Shown: positions 1-12,889 of the stretch, piece after piece | Layout of the letters: each line of letters begins with the position of its first letter | How positions within the stretch are numbered: the stretch's first letter is position 1 | NCBI RefSeq assembly: GCF_006345805.1 | Contig: NC_043006.1 | Coordinates: 77,624,001 to 77,688,000 of the forward strand | Direction: 5' to 3' | From: Octopus sinensis | Taxonomy: Eukaryota | DNA length: 64,000 nucleotides | Notes under the pieces: model-generated | What the model was told of the DNA's origin: nothing | What the model saw: only the letters and a program-made list of their open reading frames with translations | Database searches by the model: none | Made by a program: the position numbers and the translations under genes

Positions 1-59
1 AAATTATGTTCTCTGGTTTTTGTAATTTATTATAACAAAAGCAGGGTTTGAAAAATTAC

Positions 60-1275
60 AACATTTTCCGACATTGTTTTCTTAATTTTCCATTAACTTT
101 AATTAGTGGACCACAAGCTGGTTTGTTTTAGAGGACAAGAAGGTTTATCAGATGGTCCCAGAACTATTAATGAACACTTTCTTGCACCGCTTCGTCCCTA
201 ACCAATCCATGGTTTTGTAAACTTGTTTCAGCGGTCCAGAGAAGTGATAGTCGGAAGGGAAATGTATGCTGGTTGCTCCAGCAACTCAAAACCCAATTTT
301 TCAATGATCTCAGCAGTGTGGGCGGCCGTATGTGGGCGTGCGTTGTCATGCAACAATAACACTTACTTTGACAGTAGAACTTGGCGTCTGTTGTGAATTG
401 AAGATGGCAGTTTTCTGACCAACACTTTTACTTTAGCCGACCCAGGTGATTATAGACCACTTTTCCAGGTAATATTCCAGTACAGTGCATTCTAAATCAC
501 AAATTCGGTTAGCACCTCTTTCTCTGAGAAAGACTGATTCTTAAATTATGTTAATGTTAGAGATTCTGGGTGATTCCATTCAATTTTATGTTCTGGCTCA
601 AAGTGCTGAACCCAAATCTCATCTCCTATTATTATACGCTCCAAAAATGATTCATTTTTAGTGCTGAATTATTCGAGTGAGCGTTGATAAATCTGTACAC
701 GATTGCGCTTATACGCTTCAGTAAGCTCGCTTGACACCCATCTCGCATAGATGTTACGAAGCGAATCTTGTTGTGGATGATTTCGTATGAAGAACCATGT
801 CTGTTGCATAAAGCATGCACCCTCTTCAAAATAACCCCTCATCGGTTCGCCAGAATCATTTCTTGAGTTGATTATTCATGTCACTGGTGGAGGGTGATGG
901 GCGTCCTATACCTTCTTCGTGCTTCACACTTGTTCGGCCACTTTTGAAATACTTGATCCGCTCATACACACTTCTGCATGTTAGAGTGCTGACTTCACAA
1001 ATTGACCGAAAGTGTCCGATGAATTTCAGTCCGCGATACAACTTCAGAGCAGAGAAATCCGCTCATTGGACACTGTACTTCGCTGGTGTACACTGCCAGA
1101 CGAGGAACCATGTTTAATGGTGGAACTATCTAGGTCAAACTTCGGTTATGTAACCATAATTGCATCACTTTCCAGTACGCGAGCAATGAAGGTAGCGCGG
1201 CCAGCCCAAAGAAAGTTGTGGCAAATTTTTGACTTACTCTAGTTTATTCATGTTTAACTTTTGACTTACACTAGT
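60..1275 (-). mobile_element. Decayed mariner (Tc1/mariner, DD34D-type) transposon remnant
   Basis: Minus-strand frameshifted transposase motifs: SVYERIKYFKSGRTSVKHEEGIGRPS (856-1041), ERIIIGDEIWV (~609-641, first catalytic D) and LLHDNARPHTAAHT (~315-357, second D). A TIR-like end TTTTGACTTACACTAGTA lies at ~1258-1275. Confidence 0.85.
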
Positions 1276-1630
1276 ATATAAATATATCTATAGCTAGTCA
1301 GCTATAGATATATATATTATATATATATATATATATAAAGAGAGAGAGAGAAAGAGAGATAGAGATAGGTAGATACATACATATATAAATACATACATAC
1401 ATACACACATACATACATACATACATCCACAGAGATTATATGCATGTGTCAATGTGCTTGTGTGAATATATGTATATGTACGTTTTCGGTTGCATATTGT
1501 TTGCGCTTTTGCACACTCTTGTAGAGAAAGATAGATAATTTTCGCATTTTTACGTCATACATTTCTGTAGTTCAGACTGAGATATGTGATTCAAGATTGT
1601 CCATCCATCTACATTCTATATTTCTCACTA

Positions 1631-1838
1631 TACAAAGAGCCTGAAAAGTTCCTGTTTTTAAGAGTATCACGAGAAGCCTGGTTGAAGTTCTACCAAAGGT
1701 CTTACAATGCTTAGAAAAACTGAAGGACCGCTGCAATGAATGTGTGAATCTGAGAGAACATGTTCAGTAAAATCATCATTAACTGGTCTACTTGTAGTTT
1801 CTCTTACCAAGCTAAGAACTTTTTAACACCCCTTCGTA
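1631..1838. mobile_element. Non-autonomous mariner-derived MITE
   Basis: Imperfect TIRs TACAAAGAGCCTGAAAAGTTCCT / AAGAACTTTTTAACACCCCTTCGTA with TA ends. The interior resembles a transposase C-terminus (LEKLKDRCNECVNLREHVQ*). A decayed relative lies at ~40355-40520. Confidence 0.6.
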
Positions 1839-1929
1839 TTTGCCCTCAGTAGTGTGACCAACTATCTGCGATACTGAAAACGAAGTAGTATATTATTACG
1901 AAGTAATTTCACTTCATGTTTTTCTTTAT

Positions 1930-2137
1930 CTCTTTTACTCTTTTACTTGTTTCAGTCATTTCACTGTGGCCATGCTAGAGCACCGCCTTTGGTCGAGCAA
2001 ATCGACCACAGGACTTATTCTTTGTAAGCCTAGTACTTATTCTATCGGTCTCTTTTGCCGAACCGCTAAGTTACGGGGATGTAAACAAAACAGCATCGGT
2101 TGTCAAGCGATATTGGCAGGACAAACACAGACACACA

Positions 2138-2172
<35 letters not shown>

Positions 2173-2432
2173 CTTTACTACCCACAAGGGGCTAAACATA
2201 GAGGGGACAAACAAGAACAGACAAACGGATTAAACCGATTACATTGAGCCCAGTGCGAAACTGGTACTTTATTTATCGACCCCGAAAGGATGAAAGGCAA
2301 AGTCAACCTCGGCGGAATTTGAACGCAACGGCGGGCTTCTTTTAGTTTTCGTGTACCAAATCCACTCACAAGGCTTTGGTCGGCCCGAGGCTATAGTAGA
2401 AGACCCTTGCCCAAGCTGCCACGCAGTGGGAC
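1930..2432 (-). mobile_element. tRNA-derived SINE family A (internal TA/TG microsatellite) with a nested SINE-B fragment
   Basis: Matches copies at 33862-34261, 45560-45961 and 55594-55965. Interrupted at 2170-2324 by a family-B fragment. Confidence 0.85.
2170..2324 (-). mobile_element. SINE family B fragment (Deu/Nin-like central domain) nested in the SINE-A microsatellite
   Basis: Contains CCCGAAAGGATGAAAGGCAAAGTCAACCTCGGCGGAATTTGAAC, shared with 35797-36028 and 42705-42936. Confidence 0.8.
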
Positions 2433-2938
2433 AACGCCTATTTTGTTTGTTTTTTTGTTTGTTTTTGTTGGTAATTTTTATTTACCATTTTCCAACGGTT
2501 TTTATTCTTCAGGATATATACTGCTCATTTACTTGTGCATATGGTTACTGAAATGTAGGTCTCTGTGCTACAAGTACGTACTTTCAAAATTCTGTTCACT
2601 AATTCTCTGAACAGAAGACACTAACGAAATTGACTTTTGTAGAATGTATGAATACTTGATTACCGTTAATTTACAGTGTCGTTTTCCTGTCTGCTTCATG
2701 CGCCATTGCTTCCCAACACCATATCAATTATTTCATAATCTTGAAATCCAGAAAATATGCACAATATACTGTATCTATTTCCGATTATAAACCTATTTTT
2801 GTTTGAATATCACCCACACACACTCATGCATACACACACACGCATACACACACACAAACACACACACATATAGATATATATGCATATATATATATGTGTA
2901 TATATATATTATATATAATATATATATGTATGTGCGTA

Positions 2939-2981
<43 letters not shown>

Positions 2982-3153
2982 ACGTTCTATGAGAATAACT
3001 TACTACTTTTGAAGTGCAAAGTTGATCTTTTTCAAAATTATTATTAAAAAACATTATTATAATATTGTATCAGGATGTCACTAACCTTTTTCGGGAAGAA
3101 GTTTTATTCCTAGTGTGTGAACGCTTTTGATTAACCTTTTCAAACACACGTAC

Positions 3154-3209
<56 letters not shown>

Positions 3210-3252
3210 TGTGTGAGTGTGTAATATTCACACACACATGTATATAATTATA

Positions 3253-3297
<45 letters not shown>

Positions 3298-3298
3298 T

Positions 3299-3536
3299 GG
3301 AGGCGCAATGGCCTAGTGGTTAGGATTATTGAGCGAAAACACCTAAAAGCTCCACGAGGCTCCGGTAGGGGGTGTTGATCCCGGCTGTACACTTTCACCA
3401 CTCTTTCTCCATCTCTTTCTTCTGTTGGCCTGCTCGCTTAGCCAGCGGGGTGGCATCATTTGAAGGCTAAAACAATGCGAACGCATTGTGACCAGCGATG
3501 TGTAACTACATCTGATGGACTGGTCGGTCACGTGAT
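3299..3536 (+). mobile_element. tRNA-derived SINE family C (internally deleted)
   Basis: Head GGAGGCGCAATGGCCTAGTGGTTAGG (A-box-like) and tail GGTCGGTCACGTGAT. Homologous to 15497-15766 (-) and ~30225-30540 (+). Confidence 0.8.
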
Positions 3537-3539
3537 CAC

Positions 3540-3614
3540 GTAATATATATATATATATATATATATATATTCTGCATGTATCTTCGTGTGCTTTGCACAA
3601 TATGTATATATATA

Positions 3615-3646
<32 letters not shown>

Positions 3647-3752
3647 ATATATATATGTGTATGTATGAAATATGTGTATATATATATATGCATGGTATAT
3701 ATTATATAATATATATAATATATATCATTATATATATATGTATGTACGTGTG

Positions 3753-3812
<60 letters not shown>

Positions 3813-3841
3813 CATAGATATATATATATCTATATATAAAT

Positions 3842-3897
<56 letters not shown>

Positions 3898-3910
3898 ATA
3901 TATATATAAT
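3540..3910. repeat. Compound (TA)n/(TATG)n microsatellite
   Basis: Direct inspection. Similar arrays occur at ~5985-6290, 9820-10090, 10660-10960, 12720-12890, 15770-15955, 26170-26345, 38770-39062, 39580-39860, 50010-50200, 58275-58550 and 62648-62725. Confidence 0.95.
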
Positions 3911-4148
3911 ATAATATCAGTTCCACGGCGTTATAAAGTCATAATGCCACTATATGGTTACTGCAGCGTAAACTATATCAAAATAAGAGAGAGGTGGTTA
4001 TTAAGTTATCTTGCCTTTGTTTTTTGAAAGAAGGAATATTAGACTGCTTTCGAACAATTTACGGAAAATTTAAGGAAAATAAAAATAAGAGCCACTGTCG
4101 GGCATTGCATCAGGGCATAGTGTGGTACTGTATCAGGGCATCTCTCTG

Positions 4149-4149
<1 letters not shown>

Positions 4150-4198
<49 letters not shown>

Positions 4199-4222
4199 AT
4201 TATTATTATTATTATCATTATT

Positions 4223-4300
<78 letters not shown>
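4150..4300. repeat. (TAT)n trinucleotide microsatellite
   Basis: Direct inspection; explains the poly-Y and poly-I ORFs. Confidence 0.95.
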
Positions 4301-4301
<1 letters not shown>

Positions 4302-4597
4302 TCTAATGTGAGATCTTTTTTTCTTTTGAGAGAGTGCACACGTAGTAATATTTCCAATTAATCCAAGAAAGGGAATATCATTAAATTTATTGAGTTAAAT
4401 ATTAAATCAAGTAAATTTCCAATGAAATATTGTTTAGTAATATATTTCTCTCAATGAAACCATTAGAGAAGTAAAAATGACATGCTTTCGCTGTTACTTG
4501 ATGATATTCATCAGCCGTAGCCGTACTAATTGCCAAATCTATTTTACGTTTATCCTTTGAAGATTGTTGTAACTTGCTAAATAGTTAGAATTTTTTA

Positions 4598-4843
4598 TTT
4601 CTTTACTGCCCACAAGGGGCTACACACAGAAGGGACAAACAAAGACAAACAAACGGATTAAGTCGATTATATCGACCCGAGTGCGAAATTGACCCCGAAA
4701 GGATGAAAGGCAAAGTTGTCTTCGGCGGAATTTGATTTTCCTCCTTTCAGAGTCGAATAAATACCAGTTATGCACTGGGTCGATATACTCGAGTTAATCC
4801 GTTTTTCTGTCCTTGTGTAGCCCCTTGTGGGCAGTAAAGAAAT
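4598..4843. repeat. Inverted pair of SINE-B fragments (foldback)
   Basis: TTTCTTTACTGCCCACAAGGGGCTACAC (4598-) is the exact reverse complement of GTGTAGCCCCTTGTGGGCAGTAAAGAAA (-4843). Pairing continues imperfectly inward. Confidence 0.8.
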
Positions 4844-4869
4844 TTAAAAAACTGGTTTGGTTCCTACAT

Positions 4870-5001
4870 AATACGGATTTAGGTTTTCTATCAAAAGGCC
4901 TAACATTCAGAAATACCGCTTGGCAATAAATCATAAATACGGATTTAGGTTTTCTATCAAAAGGCCTAACATTCAGAAATACCGCTTGGCAATAAATCAT
5001 A
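4870..5001. repeat. Perfect 66-bp tandem duplication
   Basis: AATACGGATTTAGG...AATAAATCATA occurs at 4870-4935 and 4936-5001. Confidence 0.95.
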
Positions 5002-5028
5002 AATGACAATACATATGTAAACAGTTAC

Positions 5029-5097
5029 CTTCCATTGCAATATGATGATCCTACACCAAAGACAAACATCTTGGTGTTCATCATATGCAGCGTCCTT
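5029..5097 (-). CDS. Candidate 69-nt exon of an unidentified gene (KDAAYDEHQDVCLWCRIIILQWK, or MMNTKMFVFGVGSSYCNG in another frame)
   Basis: Minus-strand acceptor ..AAAACTTTCAG| and donor AAG|GTAACT in unique sequence, with two open frames. No recognisable homology. Confidence 0.3.
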
Positions 5098-6161
5098 CTG
5101 AAAGTTTTACTAAGTAAACTCCAAGAAACCAGTTGTTTCCTTTCAAATTTAATTTTCTTTCGAATTTAATCAGTTTCGATACAAAACGCAGATCTGACAC
5201 CTTCATTCGGGTATACTTCTTTTCTGTATAATAACGTGTACACCTAGTAATTTTCATCAGACTGTAATTATCTCGATTAACACAGTTTATTAATTGCAGT
5301 CTCTTCAACATATAATTTTTGATAGAACCTTTAATGACTTTATATGCAGTACAGCAAAATTAAATTTTTATTTGGGATTTTATGCTATTTTTAGATTTTG
5401 GAAAAATTATAGGAAATTAAATTTAGAAACTTTTCCCGTTTATATTCATATTTAAACTGAACACAAGGTGCTATCAAGAACTTCATGTTTTCTATTCCTA
5501 CGCTTTGGGATATTAAAAGATTTAGGTACTTCTTTTCAGTAAACCTTTTGTTCGTTCATTGCTGCTATTCATTCATGTAATAATAAATTACAGTGGCTTA
5601 AAATGAAGGCACTCATCATATTCTCTTATTAATGTTTAATCATGCAAATTTAATCATGCAACACAACTGTTTATAAGGAATTTCATATTTATAAAATTGT
5701 TTCGTATCAAGCCTCAGGCATTGAATGATCTTTGCATGCAGAACGTGGCGATGGATAAACCATTCGATATAATAAGATTAATGTCTTACGTAGTCTTATT
5801 TTCTAAATTAGCATTATTAAATCTTTCTACAATAAAACTACTTCCTGTTTGCTCATATTAATTCTCCATCATCTTATAGTTCAAATATTAGTGCAGAAAA
5901 TATTTTATTCAAATCGGGGGGGGGGGGGCTATAGACTCCATATAAGCCTGCAAAATTCAGTTGCATAAGAATGCTACCTTGGTGATAAAAAATAACCTCA
6001 GTTGTTGAGTTTTTAAATGACATGAAGATTTATTCCTGGGCATGATTCTATTATCATCGTTGCCAAAATATTGAATCGAACTAATGTTTTGAGATATATA
6101 ACGCATATATATATGTATATATATATTATATGTATATATATACATATAATTATATATATAC

Positions 6162-6206
<45 letters not shown>

Positions 6207-6219
6207 ACATATATATATA

Positions 6220-6267
<48 letters not shown>

Positions 6268-6725
6268 CATATATATATATATATATATATAGTGGGGGAG
6301 GCGAGAGTGGGGAAAGCAAGGGTGGGGTGTGGTTTACGCTGAGGGTGGGGTAGAAGTTGGGTATGTGGGTAGGCTGAGGGTGGGGAAGATGTAGCGTATG
6401 TGGGAGTGGGTGTGAGGGATGGGATGATAGGGTAGGTGGAGTTTGATTGTGTAGTGTGGGTGGGGGTTACGAGGGAGGGCGTCGATAAAGGTCGGAAAGG
6501 ATAAAATGGGTAAGAGTGAAGAGAAGAGAGATGGAGAGTAGGAGTGAAGTGAAGAAGGACTCGGAGCAAGAGAAGAAATGTGGGTGGAAGGAAGGTGTGA
6601 GGGGAGAGAGAGAGACGGGAGGGAGCTAGATGAAGAGGGGACGCGAGTTGAGCGCATGTGGCGCAAAGGAGCGGATGTTTCGGAGTTATGTATGTATATA
6701 TATGTACATGTAATTGTACACTTAC

Positions 6726-6776
6726 ATAGTACCAGCTGAATTGAACTGACCTCACAGAAGAGGCGACGGCGAAAAA
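6726..6776 (-). CDS. Candidate short exon (FFAVASSVRSVQFSWYY) or 5' UTR first exon
   Basis: Donor TAT|GTAAGT at 6726/6725 and acceptor ..GTCAGTTTCAG|, in a relatively GC-rich unique context. Confidence 0.2.
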
Positions 6777-7004
6777 CTGAAACTGACCGATCAGTGTGAT
6801 AATACCTCGATCACTGCTTCCTGGTGATTACGGTTTCTGTTACCATGCATGTATAGATTACGAGCTTTGACCGCATCATGGATGTGTTTTAGCTCATATT
6901 TCTAGTAATGTAGGTGTTTCTAACATTCTTAGTCATATAAACATGCTTACAAACACACACACATATATACGTATCTATATACACACATATATAAATATAT
7001 ATGT

Positions 7005-7049
<45 letters not shown>

Positions 7050-7060
7050 ATATATATATA

Positions 7061-7091
<31 letters not shown>

Positions 7092-7134
7092 AACATGGAA
7101 GTGACGTTATGAGATGTGCAAGTGAAGCAGAACT

Positions 7135-7410
7135 AAGGAGGAGAAGAAGAAGAAGAAAGACGAAGAAGAAGAAGAAGAAGAAGTCAGAAGAAGAAGCAGA
7201 AGAAGAAGAGGAAGATGAAGAAGAAGAAGAAGAAGCAGAAGAAGAGGAGGAAGAAGAAGAAGAAGAGAAGAAAGGAAGAAGAACAAGAAGAACAAGAAGA
7301 ACAAGAAGAAGAACAAGAACAAGAACAAGAACAAGAAGAACAAGAAGAAGAAGTAGAAGAAGAAGAAGAACAACAACAACAACAAGAACAAGAACAAGAA
7401 GATGATGATT
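7135..7410. repeat. (GAA)n/(CAAGAA)n purine-rich microsatellite
   Basis: Direct inspection; explains the poly-E/K/R ORFs. Confidence 0.95.
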
Positions 7411-8082
7411 AAGGGGAGGATCTGAAGAATTTGGCAGCGACTTATATCGGAAATCAGTTTATCTTGGTGTATGCCGGCGATCGGTCAATACAAAAGTGCC
7501 ACTGATACCGAAATTCATCCGATGGGTGAAAATTTATTTGACCCCCAGACGACATTCACCAGCCACAACTGAAAGCGAAAGAAACTATAAAATAGAGAAC
7601 TTGACAATTGCTCGGGAATCAAATAATGAGGATATTTGTATTCTTTGCGGTAGGGGAGTTGTATGGTCAGTGGTAGTGTAGCATAAATCGACTTCCAGCT
7701 AGCAGATTTACATTGTGACCCTAGAGTATGCAGGCAAAGGAAAAGAGATGCAAAGAGTGAGTAGTCTAATAGGGTTAATTTGGTACTAAAAATTAAAGCA
7801 GAAATTACGAATTTAGAGTTTAAAGAGTTGTCTGAGTTTTGAAATTACATATGTATAGTTAGATATGTTTTATAATTCTATGTTTTGCCATATTCGGTGT
7901 TTTTAATAGAATTAGTTTCCAGCCTATCATTTGGATATGCGTTACTTTAAATATCCGAGGGAAGAAGTAATTGGATTGAAAATATATTGAAATCTCCAGC
8001 TTAATAAAAATATATAGATATATCATTTTGATAAATATATGAATATAGCATATTTTCTACTAATTAATATTATATATATATA

Positions 8083-8121
<39 letters not shown>

Positions 8122-8429
8122 ACTAGTGCATAACGATAATCAAATAATATGCTTCTTTTCAATATTATGCTCACTTGCTATGTACACGCGCGCGCATATA
8201 CGCGTAGACACACATAAATTTTAGTTGTGACTTTCATGGATTGCGATCATACAAGGGATCAGTATTGAAGGGTTTTTCGTTTTCAAACAAATCACCCCAA
8301 AAACTATTAAGCTTGATATTTATTCTACTGGTCTCGTTTTGCGGAAGAAATTAAGTTACGTGGACCTACATAAACTAATACCAATAGTCAAGCGGTAATG
8401 GAAGAAAAAAAAAACAAAAAAAAACAAGA

Positions 8430-8690
8430 CAGCCTCTTTTCAGTTTCTCTCTACCAAGTCCGCTCGCAACGTTTAGGTCGGCCCCGTGCTACAGTAGAAA
8501 GTACTTGCTAGGGATGCAAGCTCCTTACCACACAGCCATGCCGGCGAAACGCTTAGCAGTATTTCTTGTCTTTACGTTCTGAGTTCAAATTCCGCCGAGA
8601 TCGACTTTGCCTTTCATTCTTTCTGAGTCGGTAAATTATGTACCAGTTGTGTACTGGGGTCGATCTAGTTGTTCACCCCACTCCCTCAGA
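8430..8690. mobile_element. Composite of a SINE-A fragment (-) and a SINE-B fragment (+)
   Basis: 8430-8550 matches the reverse complement of the family-A 5' half. 8550-8690 has TTCTGAGTTCAAATTCCGCCGAGATCGACTTTGCCTTTCAT. Confidence 0.7.
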
Positions 8691-8802
8691 GTAAAAAAAA
8701 GGCATATCTGTATATACATAAATATGCACAGACACACACACGCACATACTCACACAGATGCACGACCGCGCGAACACACACACACACACGCACACATACA
8801 CG

Positions 8803-8844
<42 letters not shown>

Positions 8845-8902
8845 ATATATATATAATATCTATAATATATTATATATATCATAATATATATATATATATA
8901 TA

Positions 8903-9815
8903 TATGGAACAAAAAACGTAATAGAGGGTAATAAAACATTCGAATAGATAAACGATACAAAGGCAGAAGAAAGAAACAAAATTTGAAAGACAGGCAAAAA
9001 ATGTACCAGAAGTCACGACCATTTCGGGCAGTTACACTTCAGATGGTTCGATCTGGTTGCCCCAAAAATATATAAGCTAAGAACATTAGACCCCTTTGTA
9101 ATAAAGCTAGCGAATGTGTATAGCAACAAACACACAAAAAACGCACGAACAATAAACGGAGAAAATGGTACACAATTACGAATACCAACAACAAGAAATT
9201 ACAACCAGTGTCTTTTGACTGAGAACAAATCAAATTGAGCTGGCGTGTATGAAGTGAAAGCCTAAAGGCATGAACATAGAAGGTGTTGGCGGTCGGCAGT
9301 CAAGGCAGGAAAGAATGATCATGGCTGGCCTGAGACCTGTCACGCGGAAGGAGAAGAGATGGGTAGGGGGCAGCGGGATTGAAGGACTAGAAAAAAATCA
9401 GAGACTAAGAGAAATGTACAGGGGAGATAAATGAATGGGAAATAGAAGTTAAAGAAACAGAGGGCCAAGAAATGTAAGTGAAGAGAGCGGGAAAAGGAAT
9501 AAAAGTGAGAGGGGGAATAAAAGATACTGTAAAAGCCATACAAATTTATATATATGTAAATGGAACAAAAACTTAATAGAGGACAATAAAACATTCAGGC
9601 AAATAGAAGATACAAAGGCGGACAAAAGGAACAACAATTAGGAGGACAGGAAAAAAAAAAGGCTGGTCATTGGTGGCTTTCTTTGCTCAGTCAAGTACCG
9701 GAAGTCACGATCATCTCGAGCAATTACACCAGAGATAGTTCGATCTGGTTGCCCCCCGCCTCAAAAATATTCTAAGCTAAGAGCATTAGACCCTTTTGTA
9801 AAAAAGCCATCGAAT
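8903..9815. mobile_element. ~657-bp-period partial tandem unit in (TA)n; probable non-autonomous Penelope-like element
   Basis: 8903-9110 is repeated imperfectly at 9560-9815. The internal part recurs at ~22865-23185. The terminal part is homologous to ~12060-12270 and 63122-63280. (TA)n flanks both sides. Confidence 0.5.
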
Positions 9816-9819
9816 GGCA

Positions 9820-9884
<65 letters not shown>

Positions 9885-9930
9885 ATATACATACCTATAC
9901 ATACACACACACATATATATATATTATCTA

Positions 9931-9967
<37 letters not shown>

Positions 9968-9988
9968 ATGTATGTATGTGTATGAGTG

Positions 9989-10020
<32 letters not shown>

Positions 10021-10657
10021 GTAAATAAGAGAGAGTGACAAACAGAGAAAGAGAGAGAGGGCCATGCGCATATATATATATATATATATATAATGCAAGT
10101 TGTGGCCTTTATCTTTTGAACCTTGACAATCTCGTCTTGCATTTATTGCATTCTGTTGAAGTTTGTATTTAAAATTACCAATAAAATATAGTAATCGAAA
10201 AACATAAAGTTTGGAAGCATTTGAATCTTTTCATCTGACATTCAAACTGAATTACAGAAGCCTAAAATATAAACACAAAAGCATAAAAGCAGCTTTTTTT
10301 TTTTCATTTTTCATTTTACTTTATTTTAATCGAAATATGAAGCACATGACATATTATATCATTTTGTTTATATGTTTTTTCAAAAATTCAATTGAAATCC
10401 CCTCATATAAATTGAAATATTTCCTAAAATTATCTTTACATGCGGTTATTAATGGAGACGTTGTTAATAGACGTATCTTAATAAAATACAGTTATATTAG
10501 GTAGGTTTAGAAATAGCAACTGTCTGCGATAGATAACGATTTCAAAAGTGCAAAATAAATTATAAAGTATTGCAAATATTCTTCTATATACATACATATG
10601 TGCTCGTGTAAGTTTGTCTCTGTGTGGTGCGCGTATGGGGTGGGTGTATTGTGTGTG

Positions 10658-10716
<59 letters not shown>

Positions 10717-10717
10717 C

Positions 10718-10765
<48 letters not shown>

Positions 10766-10915
10766 CTATATATATTTATATACACACAATACACCCACAT
10801 CCATACGCGCGCACAACACACACACACATATATATTATATATATATATATATATACGTATATACATATAAATAGATAGATTGATAAAATATTTATGTATC
10901 TACATATATATATAT

Positions 10916-10952
<37 letters not shown>

Positions 10953-11863
10953 AATACATATAAATAGATTAGATTGATAAAATATTCATCTATCTATCTC
11001 TCTACATATATATACGTATATATATAAATAGATAGATAAAATATTCATCTATCTATCTATATATATATATGTATATATATATATGTGTATATACATCAAT
11101 ATGTCGTTATGCTTGAGCGTTTGTGAGAGCGTTGAGCTTGTGTAGATGTGAGCGTGAGTGTGTGTATGTGTGTTTGTTTGTTTTGGGGTATGTCTATATG
11201 TAGGTACGCACATATTTGTATTTGTGTGTGCGTGTGTGTCTGCGTGCGCACGCGTGTGTGTTTTTCTGTAAATTAATGTGTAAATTAAACTGTTTAGAAA
11301 TGAAATGAATTTTTGCTCACACAATATCTACACTGCAGATATAGAATTGCTTTCCAATGAATCGATTTCGGGGGACGTTTTTAATCATTGATGCAATATA
11401 AATAAATATCTAATCTACATAGGAAATATAATTTCGAATAGCTTCAAAAACAACTTCTAAATTCTAACCACTTATACAAAATTAAAGTACTGTCTCGATG
11501 GGAGAATACAAGAATTATAGACAAGGTTGCATAAATAATTATGATTTGGAAACATTGGCACAAAGCCATAGACTTCGGGGGACAAGAAAAATCGAAATAA
11601 TCTATCGCTTTGCTTCGTCAATGTATAATTTATTGACATACTTAATCACATTACCCACCGCCTTGAGTGTGTATGAACAACAAAAAATTGTAGCATACAA
11701 AATTTATCTACAATTCTATTAAATCATGAAATTTAGACATACATAGTACGCCTTTCCATAAATAATATGATAATTTGATAATACCCGACTATATACATAT
11801 GTATACATACCCACACACACACATACACACATACACAACACACACACACACACACACACACAC

Positions 11864-11923
<60 letters not shown>

Positions 11924-11958
11924 CTATATACATATAGAGAAGCAGCGAGAGAGACAGC

Positions 11959-11989
<31 letters not shown>

Positions 11990-12023
11990 ATAGATATAGA
12001 TAGACAGATACACATATAATCAT

Positions 12024-12057
<34 letters not shown>

Positions 12058-12059
12058 TA

Positions 12060-12720
12060 AACGTTAAAAATAACACAAACTGGGACAAGAACGTGAAACA
12101 TTTTGAAGACGGCAAAAAAACACACAGACGGGACTTTCGAAGCTCTCAGTCATCAGTCAAGAACCAGATCATCTTCGCAATTTCGGCTGATTAATCTTGA
12201 GATTGCTCCAATCTGGGCAGCCAACCAAGGGAAATCTAAGCCAATCGCATTAGATTCCTTGGAAGAAAACCTCGAAAGTATACAACACGGTGACGGAAAA
12301 ACGGACGATGTTACTCGAAAAAAAATTCAAAAATACGTAAAAACAATAAAGAAAGCACGGATAAAAATACAAAATAACGTAAAAACAATCATAACAAAAC
12401 CAGGACGTCAGGACAAGCGTCTTTCGACAGGACGAGTTGAGTATAGGGCTGGCTGTAGTAAAAATGCCTGAAGGCAAACGGAGCACAAACACATACGTGT
12501 GGTCAAGCCAACTACTTGATGCGAAAGGCAGTAGTACCTAGCTGGTCACGTGAGCACAAAAAGGTGGAAGGGACAGATGAAGAGAGAAGCAGGAGAGGGA
12601 AAGGGACAGGTCAAGTGGGGTATAAGGTCTGAGAGGCAGAGAAATGTGGGAGAGGAGGGACGGAGGAAGAGAGAAAGAAAGAAGGGGAACAAGGGAGGAG
12701 AAGAAAAAGAGGGAAAGAGA
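12060..12720. mobile_element. Interspersed repeat related to the 8903-9815 and 63122-63280 family, inserted in (TA)n
   Basis: CAGTCAAGAACCAGATCATCTTCGCAATTTCGGCTGATTAATCTTGAGATTGCTCCAA is nearly identical to 63203-63258. It has a purine-rich distal part and TA arrays on both sides. Confidence 0.6.
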
Positions 12721-12735
12721 CATATATATATATAC

Positions 12736-12785
<50 letters not shown>

Positions 12786-12818
12786 ACATACATATTATAT
12801 ATATACATATATATATAC

Positions 12819-12889
<71 letters not shown>

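Noticed and set aside
4480-4525. CTGATGA...GAAAGCATGTC on the minus strand
   Set aside because: No helix I or II pairing; compatible with chance.
9010-9060. Hammerhead-like words CTGAAGT..GAAATGGTCGTG on the minus strand (also ~9700-9745)
   Set aside because: The core is mutated, position 17 would be G and no helix I forms; the local hairpin does not fit hammerhead topology. Kept only as a hint under the family finding.
12123-12165. CTGATGA...GAAAGTCCCGTC on the minus strand (and the homologue at ~63170-63210)
   Set aside because: Helix I and helix II do not form in either copy; at best a decayed relic.
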